The notes beneath the pieces are model-generated. The model saw only the letters and a list, made by a program, of their open reading frames with translations. It was not told where the DNA came from and searched no databases. Both the position numbers and the translations under genes were made by a program. This document shows, piece by piece, positions 13,204-26,388 of a DNA stretch of 64,000 nucleotides; the first letter of the stretch is position 1, and each line of letters begins with the position of its first letter. Location of the stretch: contig OX597824.1 of the NCBI GenBank assembly GCA_951406725.2, positions 75,144,001 to 75,208,000 on the forward strand, given 5' to 3'. The stretch is from Octopus vulgaris. Lineage: Eukaryota.

Positions 13204-13617
13204 TCGCAGGAGTGGCTGTGTGGTAAGTAGCTTGTTTACCAACCACATGGTTCCGGGTTCAGTCCCACTGCGTGGCACTTTGGGCAAGTGTCTTCTACTA
13301 TAGCCTCGGGCCGACCAAAGCCTTGTGAGTGGATTTGGTAGATGGAAACTGAAAGAAGCCCGTCGTATATATGTATATATATATATATGTATGTGTGTGT
13401 GTTTGTATGTCTGTGTTTGTCCCCCTAGCATTGCTTGACAACCGATGCTGGTGTGTTTATGTCCCCGTCACTTAGCGGTTCGGCAAAAGAGACCGATAGA
13501 ATAAGTACTGGGCTTACAAAGAATAAGTCCTGGGGTCGATTTGCTCGACTAAAGGCGGTGCTCCAGCATGGCCGCAGTCAAGTGACTGAAACAAGTAAAA
13601 GAGTAAAGAGTAAGAGT
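13204..13617 (+). mobile_element. SINE family B (bipartite, internal microsatellite)
   Basis: GGAGTGGCTGTGTGGTAAG..GGTTCAGTCCC..TTGGGCAAGTG, then (TA/TG)n, then a 3' part ending GAAACAAGTAAAAGAG. Confidence 0.9.
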
Positions 13618-13647
13618 ATGCATACACAGACACACACACACAAACAA

Positions 13648-13704
<57 letters not shown>

Positions 13705-14410
13705 CATGTATACACACACACACACATATATACACACATATAAAATATTTTATAATTATACACATAATTATAACAAGGGGTTGGCTTTATGCTTCGCCAC
13801 GCACTGTAAGAAATAGACACTAAAGTCTTTTTTACTACCTTAAAATCTCCAAGAATAACACATTTTATTGCAGGCAATTCTAAGTAGTACAGCATGTGAT
13901 TTCCAAATTCCTGGCAGAGTGAATTGCGTCATGGTGCGGTTTTTCTCATAGATGGTGCCCAACTGATCCTACTATACTGTGTAGTCAACACAATCAAAAA
14001 CTAACAAAGCGCACATGTGAAATTAAAAATATAAAGTGGCAACAATTTACCCATCGCATACTATATCATCCTCCTCCTCCTCATCATCATCATTGTTAAA
14101 CGTTTGCTTTCCATGCTAGCATGGGTTGGGCGATTTGACTGAAGACTGTGTGTGTGTGTATATATAGTTCAAATTTATAGAAAAACAAAAGACGAAGACA
14201 GGTGTAGGAACAACAAGTGTATTAGTTTGATGCCTGGGAAATGGAAAAGTATGTGTATGTGTATATATATATATGCATACTCACACACACATATATACTT
14301 ACATACACATCTTTACATACATATACATGTGTGTTGTCCATATATGTACTGTATGTATGTGTGTATGTATATATATACATATACATATATATATATATGT
14401 GTGTGTGTGC

Positions 14411-14442
<32 letters not shown>

Positions 14443-14819
14443 TTGTATGTATGTTTGTATGTATGTATGTATGTATGTATGTATATATGTATGTGTGTGT
14501 GTGTGTGTATGTATATACATACATAAAAGACATACATATGTATGTGAACATTTTCACAAAATCAAAATGGTGCAGTATTTATAGAGCGCAGACATCACAT
14601 CCTAGAGTATAAATTAATCAATATTCACAATTAAGAATGTCACGTGTGTCTCAGTAATGAAAATTCGTTCGTGAAACACTAATGAATATTTAAGAGACTT
14701 TGGGTAATTAGAATTTCACTCAGAAATCTCGTTATTGCAGAACACTGTCTCATTAAACCATTTGAAGTAGACTAAAAACCTGAAACAGTTACAACTATTT
14801 TAATAGTGATACTAATAAG

Positions 14820-15735
14820 GATTTCAAATTTTGGCACAAGGCCGGCAATTTCAGGGGAGGAGGCAAGTCAATTACAATGACCCCCAGTACGCAACTGGTA
14901 CTTATATAATTGATGCTGAAAGGATGAAAGGCTAAGTTGAGCTCAGTGGAACTTAAACTCAGAATGTAAAGACAGACGAAATGCCGCTAAGCATTCTACT
15001 AGATATCTGCCTTAATGCTTATACTAATAATCCCCTCAAATTTTGGCACAAAGTCAGCAATTTTGGGAGAAGAGACAAGTTGATTACATCGACCCCAGTG
15101 CTCAACTGGTATTTATTTTGTTTATAAGGCGGCGAGCTGGCAGAATCGTTAGCATGCTGGGCAAAATGCATAGCCATATTTCATCTGCCGTTACGTTCTG
15201 AGTTCAAATCCCGCCGAGGTCGACTTTGCCTTTCATCCTTTCGGGGTCGATAAATTAAGTACCAGTTATGCATTGGGGTCGATATAATCGACTTAATCAG
15301 TTTGTCTGTCCTTGTTTGTCCTCTCTGTGTTTAGCCCCTTGTGGGTAGTAAAGAAATAGGATTACATTGATCTCAGTACTTAACTGGTATTTTATCACAT
15401 TGATCCTGAAGGGATGAAAGCCAATTGTAACTTAGACAGGAACTGAGCTGAAACTGTAAAGAGGCATAGGAATGGCTGTGGTAAGAACCACATGGTTCCG
15501 GGTTCAGTCCCACTGCGTGGCACCTTGAGCAAGTGTCTTCTACTATAGCCTCATTCTGATCAAAGCCTTGTGAGTGTATTTGGTAGACGGAAACTAAAAG
15601 AAGCCTGTCGTATATATGTAGTTTTTGTATATGTTTATGTGTCTGTGTTTTTCCCCCCAACATCGCTTGACAACTGATGTTGGTGTGTTTACATCCCTGT
15701 AACTTAGTGGTTCAGCAAAAGAGACCGATAGAATA
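14820..15735. mobile_element. SINE cluster: A fragments (-), full SINE A 15128-15360 (+), SINE B 15463-15735 (+)
   Basis: Matches to the family motifs seen elsewhere in the window. Confidence 0.8.
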
Positions 15736-15789
15736 ATGATAGGATACCAAATTTCTGGCTTGTATCACTCCTGTTAGTCTAGTTATTCA

Positions 15790-18185
15790 ATTAAATTATG
15801 AGAGAACCTACGAGAACACTTGATTGGTTAGCAAGAGGTATTACTTACCTACTCCCCAAGAATAATGAAACCAAATTTTCCCAAAACTATTGGTACATTA
15901 CATGTCTATCTACAAATTATAAAATTTTAACATCCATCCTCGTGGAGAAAACATACAAATTTATGGAACAGAATGATATTTTCCCTATTGAACAAAAAAG
16001 GTGCACATGAGGCTCATATGGATGCAAAGACCAACTCTTAATTAATCACATGATCCTTGAGAACTGTCATAACAAATACAGAAATCTCAGTTCCACCTGG
16101 ATTGATTATAAAAAGGACTTTGACAACATACCACATTCATGGATCTTGAAATCACTGGCTATCTTCAAAATTTCTCCCGTGATTTCAAACTTCCTGAAGC
16201 ACAACATGTCAGTGTGGAATACAAATCTCCAATTATAACACACTAATGGGGTACTGACCACAAAAAATACTAATATCAATTATGGCATTTTACAAAGTAA
16301 ATCTCTTTCACCTTTAATTTTTTGCATAGCTCTAATACCCCTTACAAATGAACTTAACAGAACAGGGTATGGGCATAAAATTGGCGACAAGAAAATAAGT
16401 CATCTATTTTATATGGATGACTTCAAACTCTTTGGTAAAAACGATAATGAGCTTGAAGGAATACTACATACAGTGAGAGCATTTAGTGATGACATTGGGA
16501 TGGAATTTGGTCTTGATAAATGTGCCAAGGCCACTTTCTAGAAATGAAAATTGAAGACCTCACATTCAGTGGTGTTGGATGTTGACAGTCATAAAAGAAC
16601 TCGAGCAGAAACAAACCTACAAATACCTTGGAATAAATGAGGGCTCTGGCATTCAGCATGAAAGAGAAGATCAAGAAGGAATGTTACAAGAGAGTTCGAG
16701 CAGTCTTAAAATATGAGTTAAATGCATGCAACAAGGTGTTAGCTAAAAATTCCTTAGCAGTTCCGGTTGTTATTTACAGTTTCACTATGTTGAACTGGAA
16801 TATGAGCAAAACAAGAAAGACTGACAGGAAGATCCATAAGCTGCTAACTTGCAATAAGATGTGCCACCCAAAAGCAGACACAGATCGTTTTTACCTACCC
16901 AGAGGTCAAGGAGGTCGAAGGTTGATCCAATTTGAAATCTCTTACAAAATCACCACAATTCGACTGGAAAAAATATATTGAAACATCTAATGACTGGATA
17001 CTAAAGCTTGTTGAAAACCATAAAAAATGTAAGAAGCTTCATTCTGTTGTGAAGGAGAGCGAAAAATTTTCAAGTGAGTTTATGCATAATACTCAGGTTG
17101 AACAGCGCGATCGAAGTGCAGCAACTGTAGTTGCAAAGAAGGTTAAATCAATAGCAAAGCAAAATGCATGTGAACAATTGGCAGATAGTTGGGAACAAAA
17201 ACCTCTGCATGGCAAATATGAGGCCTGTTGCAAGTGAACTAATGTAGACCAGAAGCACACCTGCCAGTGGCTATGGAGTTCAGAGCTAAAGGCAGAGAGT
17301 GAAGGCTTTATCTTGGCTGCTTAAGATCAGAACTTATTGACACAGAACTATCAAGCCAAAGTGATGAAAAATGGTGTAGACCCAAAGTGCTGAATTTGCA
17401 ACGATGGGATTGAAACAGTGGACCACCTAATCTCTTGATGTAAGGTTTTAGCACCTGTAAAGTACAAATCAAAGCATGACAAAATTGGCCATTATCTACA
17501 TTGGATAATGTGTTGGTATTATAAAATCAAAACTGCTGACAAATGTTTCATGCACCACCCTCAGGCTGTAACTGAAGGAGAAAATGTAACTATTCTTTGG
17601 GACTTCCCTGTATGTACAGACTGTGCCATCAAAGCAAATAAACCAGATATTGTTGTGAAAGACCAAAATAATAAAGTCTGTTTATTGATTGACATGAGTA
17701 TACCCTGTGACCATAATATCTTGACAAAAGAATTTGATAAGCTCAGAAAATACAAAGATTTGCTAATTGAAATCAAAAAGATGTTGCATCTCAAGACAGT
17801 TACAATACCAGTGATTGTAGGAGCACTTGGAATGATCGAAAAAGGAACTGAAAATCATTTAAGAATGGTCTCTGGCTTACCATTTCTGGAGGAAGTGCAA
17901 AAGATTACCTTAACTGGTATGTCACATGTACTGAAAAGAGCATTGTTGCTGTGAATTTTTCTTTTCTTTTTTTCCCATTTATTTTGTTTGTTTACTTTTT
18001 TATTCTTTATTTTTTTTCCTTCTGTCTTTCTTCCTCTTTTTCTCTATCACATGACTTTGTAAATAAACAATCTTATATGTTTATTTTAATGGCCTACAAA
18101 TAGATACAGTGCATTTCTTTGCCTTAGGTGTCAGGAAGACACTTGGCAAGAAATGGAAAGAGAATTGAAAGAAGGTGATAATGAA

Positions 18186-18250
<65 letters not shown>
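15790..18250 (+). mobile_element. 5'-truncated R4/Dong-like non-LTR retrotransposon (RT, zinc knuckle, restriction-like endonuclease), pseudogenised
   Basis: GITYLLPK, GCKDQLLIN, WIDYKKDFDNIPHSWI, SHLFYMDD, GMEFGLDKCA, YKYLG, LPRGQGGR, PLHGKY, CxxC..ETVDHLISxC, KPDIVV..LIDMSIP, PVIVGALG; many stops; (TAA)n tail. Confidence 0.9.
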
Positions 18251-18252
<2 letters not shown>

Positions 18253-18539
18253 GTGGCTCTCATGGCTTCTGATCTTAACTGGTACATCACACGTATTGAG
18301 AAGAGCATTGTCGATGTGAGAACTGTTGCTGCTCATGTATTTTAATTTAACTTAAAAAAAAAAAAAAAAAAAAATGAACGAACTACTGAGTTTGGTTTAA
18401 TGGCCTACCAATATACACTATGAGTTTCTTTGCCCTAGGAGTCGGGAAGACACTCGGCAAGAAATGGAAGCAAATTTGAAAGAAGAAAAAAAAAAGTAAT
18501 AATAATAATAATAATAATAATAATGATAATAATAATAAT

Positions 18540-19096
18540 TGCCCTGATGCAGTACCAGGCAGTGGCTCTCATGGCTTCTGATCTTAACTGATTGGAAGTG
18601 TTATTATGTATATTGTTTTGTCTTGGTATAAAAGATGGGCTACAACAAATATTCTGCTCAATACCACAGATTTGCTTGTCAGTTGTTTCACCATAACCAG
18701 TTGAGTATGTTCCTTAGTGGCTGACAATATGTACATCTCTGATCATGACCAGAAGTAGTAGGGGAGCATCATAGCCATGTGTTGAGAGGAATTCTTGGGG
18801 GTTTGAATAATTCACCTTTGGAAACATGGGTTGTTCGTTCAACATCCTTAAACAACCCTTATTCAAGGACCTTTTGAGCGGGATGGGCTACTCGACCAGA
18901 AGAAAATTCTAACTGGGCCCCACCTGCAAGGTCATGTGCTGTTTATCTTGATATGAGATCACCATGTCATGCACATATGGTTGTGATGCATGTGCCTCGT
19001 GTACTCTTATCAGACAGGTAGTCATGATGGGTATACTAGGCTTCGTATATATTTTACCCCAGTGTCACTTTGATGGCATGCACTGCTCTCTTACTC

Positions 19097-19100
<4 letters not shown>
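18540..19100 (+). mobile_element. Family E non-autonomous element embedded in (TAA)n
   Basis: TGCCCTGATGCAGTACC...CTCTCTTACTC between (TAA)n tracts; homologues at 1700-2465 and 3444-3620. Confidence 0.75.
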
Positions 19101-19148
<48 letters not shown>

Positions 19149-19149
19149 G

Positions 19150-19183
<34 letters not shown>

Positions 19184-19749
19184 GGCATTTCAACCTGAAT
19201 CTGGATATAAATACCTGAGAATAATTTGCACAGATATAATTAAGCATTATGATATGAAAGAAAAGACAAAGAAAGGAGTATTTGTGATGAAAGAAGAAGA
19301 TATAGGAGTCAAAGTTGAATGCTAGAAACGTAATTTTGGCAATAAACTTGCATACAATTTCAATGGTTTGGTACAGAGCTGTTGTAAAATGTTTGCCTCC
19401 TTGGCACAGCCAGAATTATCGGGCAAGTACTGGATAGTTGAAGAGAACAAACAACATGGTACTGTAAGCTACATATAGCAAACTTGTAAATCATGCAAGA
19501 TTCCAGGAGTTGCAACAAAACCTGAGTTTTAAAAAAATAAAAGATAATAATAATGACGATTTCGAATTTTGGCACAAAGCCAGCAGTTTCAGGAGAGGGC
19601 GTAAGTCAATTAGATTAACCCCCAGCTTTCAAGTGGTACTTATTTTATCAACCCCAAGAGGATGGAAAGCAAAGTCGACCTCATAGAATATGCGTATTGT
19701 ATATATATATATATATATATATATGTATTTTAGTTTGCAGACTGACATC

Positions 19750-20010
19750 ATTTTCATCCCACAAACGATGGGAAAGTCTTCCAAAAGCACTTGTAGCCTT
19801 AGCTATTCTAACACTGATTTCGCCAGCATGAGTACTCTAAAAGTTTACTGTACTTCCAAGATATTTAAAGGACATGACCCATTTGAGTGGATTGTTGTTT
19901 ATCATCACGTTTGAGTCTTGAGTTTGTCTTGCCCCAGCCCTTGGTTGGAATAAAACTTCAACCTTCATAATATTGATAGTCAGTCCAAATGCACAAGCAT
20001 ACCAACATTG
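19750..20010 (-). mobile_element. RTE (BovB-like) RT fragment
   Basis: AFGLTINIMKVEVLFQP..FKYLGS. Confidence 0.7.
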
Positions 20011-20146
20011 GCTGTCAAGGGCAGGGGACAAACAAACTCAAACACACACATAGATATATATACATACACACACACACACACATATATTTTTCACTGCAAG
20101 GATATGTACTCCTCTTATAGGGATGAAATCATCCCAATTACACTGG

Positions 20147-20178
<32 letters not shown>

Positions 20179-20779
20179 CATATATGATGGTCTTTTTTAA
20201 GTTTTTGTCTATCCAAATCCACTCACAAGGCTTTCACCGGCCCAAGGTTAAAGTAGAAGACACTTGCCCAAGGTGCCATTCAGTGGAACTGAACCTGGAA
20301 TCATGTGGTTGGGCAGAAAGCTTCTTACTACACAGCCATGCCTGCACTAACCCACACAGCCATATTCATAAATTCTTAAGATCAAATTAATTTTCTTCTT
20401 TTTCTCATTGGTAAATCTAATCAATACATATAATATGCTATGTGTTATCAATATGTTTAATATCCTGGGACAGCAAGCTGGCAGAATTATTAGCATGCTG
20501 GGAAAAATGCTTAGTGGCATTTCATCCATCTTTACAATCTGAGTTCAAATCCTGCCGAGGTTGACTTTTCCTTTCATTATTTTGGTGTCACTGGGGGGGG
20601 GGGGGGTCGATATAATTGATCACCGGGGTTGATATAATCGATATCTCCTTCCTCTGAAACCATTGGCTATGTGCCAAAATTTGAAACCAATATATTTCAT
20701 ATGCTATATATATTTGTTTATACGCTGATTTTATGATTAATTATTCTCCTACATATATTCCACTACTACCATTGGTACC

Positions 20780-21322
20780 CATGCCAACCTCCCTTCATTG
20801 GACATTAAACTCTGCTTGCAAAGACCTGTTGGGGCAAGTGAAATCGAAATGGAACCAAATTCCATGCCAGTGGAGTGCTAACAGCTCCATCCAAGGAGGA
20901 TCACTGCCAGAACAGCTGTCTGGCTTCCATGCCGGTGGACATGTGAAAAGCACCATTTGAGCATGATCGTTACCAGTGTCACCTTACTGGCACTTGTGCC
21001 GATGGCACGTGAACAAAACATTTGAGTGAGGTTGTTGCCAGTGCCGCAGGACTGACTACTGTGCAGGTGGCACGTAAAAAACACTATTTCGAGTCTGGCC
21101 GTTGCCAGTATCGCCAGACTGGCCCTCGTGCAGGTGGTATGTAAAAAGCACCCACTACACTCTCAGAGTGGTTGGTGTTAGGAAGGGCATCCAGCTGTAG
21201 AAACTCTGCCAGATCAGATTGGAGCCTGGCGCAGCCATCTGGTTCGCCAGTTCTCAGTCAAATCGTCCAACCCATGCTAGCATGGAAAGCGGACGTTAAA
21301 GGATGATGATGATGATGATGAT
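20780..21322 (+). mobile_element. Family D element, long form
   Basis: Matches 58400-58948; ends GGACGTTAAA(GAT)n. Confidence 0.8.
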
Positions 21323-21512
21323 GAGAGCTATCCTGAATTCACCTTCACCCTTTTTTGCTTATTATATACAAGTATTTCTTGTTGTAAGCAGAACAAAAAG
21401 CAGAAATGATTTAAAATTACAGACTAGAGTTTCAGAAGGACAAGGTCTCCTCATGTCTATAACAGATCTATTGTTCTTCAGCGACTTATTCAATGAATAT
21501 GAATAATAATGT

Positions 21513-21708
21513 AGGCGCAGGAGTGGCTGTGTGGTAAGTAGCTTGCTTACCAACCACATGGTTCCAGGTTCAGTCCCACTGTGTGGCACCTTGGATAAGT
21601 GTCTTCTACTATAGCCCTAGGCCGACCAAAGCCTTGTGAGTGGATTTGGTACACGGAAACTGAAAGAAAGAAGCCCGTTGTATATATGTGTATAAATATA
21701 TGTGTGTG

Positions 21709-21740
<32 letters not shown>

Positions 21741-21960
21741 CGTATGTGAATGTTTGTGTGTTTGTGTGTGTCCCCACCCAACATGGCTTGACAACCAATG
21801 CTGGTGTGTTTACGTCCCCGTCGCTTAGCAGTTCAGCAAGAGAGACCGATAGAATAAGTACTAGGCTTGCAAAGAATAAGTCCTGGGGTCAATTTGCTTG
21901 ACTAAAGGTGGTGCTCCAGCACAGCCACAGTCAAATGACTGAAACAAATAAAAGAATAAA
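21513..21960 (+). mobile_element. SINE family B
   Basis: Full bipartite copy. Confidence 0.9.
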
Positions 21961-22770
21961 AAAAAAGAATAATGTTTATTATGTACGTTTGCAGCTTTTG
22001 CACAAAATGTGTCAAAAATGCTGAAAATGTGCAATTTTTGCATAAACTAAATCTATTGTTCCTTGAAACTTTTAGAAATTGTTCGAAACTTGTTTGCGAG
22101 ATCATGAACCTATGTGTAAATATGCAAATATTTTGGTAGTTTTTGAATCCATATGTGCATCTATTAGAACATTTATTGTAGAAAATAAGTGTACAATAAC
22201 ATATTGTACAAATTGAAAGGAATCAAACCTGCATAATATATTGAAGAGTGAGAAGTAAAATTTTCTAATTTTCCTGTTATTTTGGCATTTTTATTTACAA
22301 CTTAATATTTGCATTAGCGACTTTCATCATCATGTACATATTTTAAGAATACCTCCATTGTTACTGACAGCTTGGGTAATGTAGTAAACCTTTCTACTAT
22401 AGGCACAAAGCCTGAAATTGGGGGAGAGGGATAGTCGATTACATTGACCCCCAGTACTCAACTGGTACTTAATTTATCGACTCCGAAAAGATAAAAGACA
22501 AAGTCGATCTCAGTGGAATTTGAACTCAGATGGGTGAAATACTGCTATGTATTTTGCCTGGCGTGGTGATGGTTCTGTCAGCTCGCTGCCTTTGAGTACT
22601 GTAATAATGATACTAATAATAACAAATTATGAAGATTGATGAAACTCTTTATGAATGTAAACACACAATAAAAGGAGTGTGATGCATTATATAATAAATA
22701 CAGATTTATTGAAAAATTTTCAATAAACAGTCAATCTATATTCAATGATATAACGATAACAATAATAATA

Positions 22771-23124
22771 ACAAGAACACTCAGAGAGCACAAACCTCTG
22801 CCAAGGCAACACTGGCAACCTCTCAGAGATTAGAGAATATCTGAAATAAACTCAACTGCTCTCACAAATGAGAATACTAAAAATGAACCTGACCGCTCTA
22901 AAAAATTAAGTGAAAAGAACAGGAAAAATAATCTAGAATCCTTGTCCAGTAGTGGATCAATCCCCAAATCTAATCAGTTCATGCCAGTTATGAGGCCAAA
23001 CATCCCTGAAAGTTTCATCTGAATCCATCTAGTGGTTCTTGAGATATCTTGTCCAGAGGCAAGCAAACAAACAAACAAGCATGACTAAAAACAATACCTC
23101 CACCTTTGCTAAGGCAGAGATAAT
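22771..23124. mobile_element. Non-autonomous DNA element, Helentron-associated-like
   Basis: ACAAGAACACTCAGAGAGC..ACCTCTGCCAAGG start and terminal hairpin ACCTCCACCTTTGCTAAGGCAGAGAT; family assignment is inference. Confidence 0.5.
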
Positions 23125-23247
23125 AAATTATGAAGATCGATTAACTCTTTATACATGTAAATATACAATAAAAAGAATGTGATACGTTATGTAATAAATA
23201 CAGATTTATTGAACAATTTTCAATAAACAGTCAATCTATATTCAATA

Positions 23248-23642
23248 ACTAGCAGTATCGCCCAGCGTTGCTTGGGTTTGTTTCGACCCTTTAGAATTTG
23301 AATTTTTGAAAAGTAAACATTTTTCATTTATGTAGCTTGTTATTCTCTTTAAGTGAACATTTTTCTGGTTGAAATACACAGAAAAATGGTGACACAGCAG
23401 TCAAAAAATTGTAAAAAATAGGGATTTTCATAGAAAAAAAGCACCTTTTTGATGTAAATAATTTTTGTTGTTAACATGGTCTGATTTGAATTTTTTCTTC
23501 TACAGAAGGAAGAGCAAGCCTTCTTCTATCATAATCTCAATTTTGGTCAACTTGCGCCACATGGTCTCGGAGGAGATAGTGTTAGTTGAAAGCTACCAAA
23601 CCTGCCACACACAGACAACTTCAGCTTTATATATAGAGAGAT
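23248..23642 (-). mobile_element. Non-autonomous Helitron
   Basis: Same family as 11940-12334. Confidence 0.85.
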
Positions 23643-23664
23643 AATAACAGTAATAGTAATGATC

Positions 23665-24365
23665 CTTTCTTTTGTAGGCACATGGCTTGAAATTTGAGGG
23701 AGGGGGATAGTCAATTACATCGACCCAGTACTCATCTGGTACTTAATTTATCGACCCTGAAAGGATGAAAGGTAAAGTTGACCTCGGCGGAATTTGAACT
23801 CAGAATGTAAGGCAGTACAAAATGCCACTAAGCATTTTGCCGAGTGTGCTAACAAGTCTGCTAGCTCACTAGAAATGATAATAAGGGTTTCAAATTTTGG
23901 CACAGGGCCAACAATTTTAGAGGATGGGTTAGTCAGTTACATTGACCCTGGTATTCAACTGGTTATTTATGTTATCAACCCCAAGAGTATGAAAGGCAAA
24001 ACTGACCTTGGCGGGATTTGAACTCAGAATGTAAAGACAGACAATATGCCACTAAGCATTTTGTCTTGCATTCAGCCAGTTTACCAATTTTTACTATAAT
24101 GGCTCTGTCTGCTTGCCACCTTTTCATTAACAATAACAATACTTTCTACTATAGGTACAGGGTCTGAAATATTGAGTAAGTGGGTATAAAGCAATTTCAT
24201 CAACCCCACCACCCAAGTGCTCAATTGGTACATATTTTACTGACCCTGTGGAGATGAAAGTCAAAGTTGACCATGACAGAATTTGAACTTAGAAGATCAT
24301 GATGAATGAAATACCAGTAAGCATTTTACCTAGTGAGCTAATGGTTCTGCCAGCTTGCTGTCTTC
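23665..24365 (-). mobile_element. Three tandem SINE A variants
   Basis: Reverse-complement core GAAAGGCAAAGTYGACC..ATTTGAACTCAGAA occurs three times. Confidence 0.75.
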
Positions 24366-24412
<47 letters not shown>

Positions 24413-24446
24413 CACTAATAATCTTTTATGATTTGTAATAAACATA

Positions 24447-25648
24447 TGTTGTAAAGTGGGGTCCTCCCACTGGTGTGATGTGTGACTGCTGTTGTAATGT
24501 AGCTGCTATTTTATGCTAGTAGCCAATATAGGTACTAGTCATGGGATACTGTTGTATCTCTTCATATTGGAATAATAATACACTAACTTCTGTCTTACTA
24601 TCACTGATAGTCCCATAAGACACCGACTAGAACTGTCAACTCTCAACCCTCTCTTGACGATTGACTACTGTTCTATTTATAATGGCTGGTTCCTACCACT
24701 TTTTACCAGGAGGGATATACAGTTTCACAATACATCTTCTCTTTTAATTATATTATTTAACAATCAATTCTTTTATTCAGCCCACCTCCTCCTTTTTTTC
24801 TTCATATATACTCAATATCTTTTCTTTTAAGAGTCTTCTTTTAGGAATTCCATGTTCTTCCTTTTCCTTGTACATGTGGTTTCGACTTCTTGTAACAGTG
24901 TTGGAACTTGAAAAGTGTCATATCCATTGGTATTTCTATTCTTGTTGGTTCCTGTTCATTTTGTCAGTCCAAACCTGGCATTCTTTTCCAAAAATTTGTT
25001 CAAATCTTCAAAAGTAAGCCTCAAAGGTTACTCCTTCTTCAGGGTCATATTTGAATTTGCTTATGAAATTTGCTCCATGGTCAGGCAAAAATATATTCTC
25101 CAGTTTGGTTATCAACTTCACTAGTTGTAACATTTGCTGCTGTAATTCTTGTTGTTCTCATTGTTTCTTGAGTTGCTGTTATTGTTGTTGCTACTCAAAT
25201 ACCCCAGCTAACAAGTCTTCTATATTTTATGATTTTCGTAATTTTGCACACGATTTTTTATTCTTTTTTGTCAAGGTATTAAATTTTCAATGTGATTTAG
25301 TTTAAACTCACTGTGTGAATGTTTTTTGTTTTTCCTCATCACCACAGTTGTAAAGTAGGTTCCTCCCACTGGTGTGATGTCTGACTGCCATTATACTATA
25401 GTTGCTATTTTATGCTAGTAACCACAATAGTTATAGTCATTGGATACCGTTGTATCTCTGTACTGGAATAGTAATACACTAACTTCTTCTATCTTACTAT
25501 CCCTGATAGTTCTACAAAACACCAAATAGAACTGTCGACTCTCAACTCTTTGAATCTTGACTATCTCTTGATGACCAGCTACTGTTCTATTTATAATGGC
25601 TGGTTCCTACCACTTTTTACTGGAAGGGGTATACAGTTTCACTGTACA
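24447..25648 (-). mobile_element. Internally deleted Gypsy-type LTR retrotransposon
   Basis: LTRs 24447-24734 and ~25346-25648 (TGTA...ACAAC, TATAAATA); PBS-like TGGTGATGAGG at 25334-25344; PPT AAAAGAGAAGA at 24735-24745; gag remnant FKYDPEEGVTFEAYF*RFEQIF. Confidence 0.85.
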
Positions 25649-26388
25649 AGAATATACAAAGAAGGAAGGTATTAATTAAACCAACTCCAGTACATGACTG
25701 CCTTATATTTTATTGAAGTAAACGGATGAAGTTGTCAGGTTTGAACTTATGTAAGTGAGACATGGTCATTGCAGCTATTTGGTGATGAGTTCAATCTCAC
25801 AGCTTGGCATCTTAGGCTGTTGTCTTGTACGCTGTTCTTGTGTCAGCCAATAACTTGTGGATGGGCTTGATAGATGGAAACTGAAAGAAGTCTGTTGTAC
25901 ATACTCATTATCACCACCACCACCACCACCATCACCAAATTTATAATTCTCGTTGGCCTAGGGTTATAGAAGAAAATATTTGCCCATGGTACCATGCAGA
26001 GGGACTGAACATGGAACCATGTAGTAGGGAAGCAACTTTCTCAACCACAGTCATTCTTGCACCTAATATGTGTGTGTGTGTTTACATTGCTGTTAAATTG
26101 AGTAGTGTCCAGTAGAGTTGCCTCCCTTATCTAAAGACCTCAAAACTGTGCGACCTGACCTCATTTTCAAGGCTATTTTTGTAGTGAAAAAGAGTTGTGC
26201 AAAAAAAACATACTTTATTTGGTAGCTGAAAGATTACTGAATCTTTTGATACCTCATATGTCAAAATTGGTAACTCAGTTTTCGAATCCATAAGGAACAT
26301 ATGTACACACACACACTCACACACAAACTCTGTTTTATATATTAAGATATATATATATATATACATACAAACATATATAGCATATATA

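Noticed and set aside
17508-17954. 148-aa open endonuclease ORF as a possible domesticated gene
   Set aside because: It is the terminal part of a LINE whose upstream frame has many stops and frameshifts.
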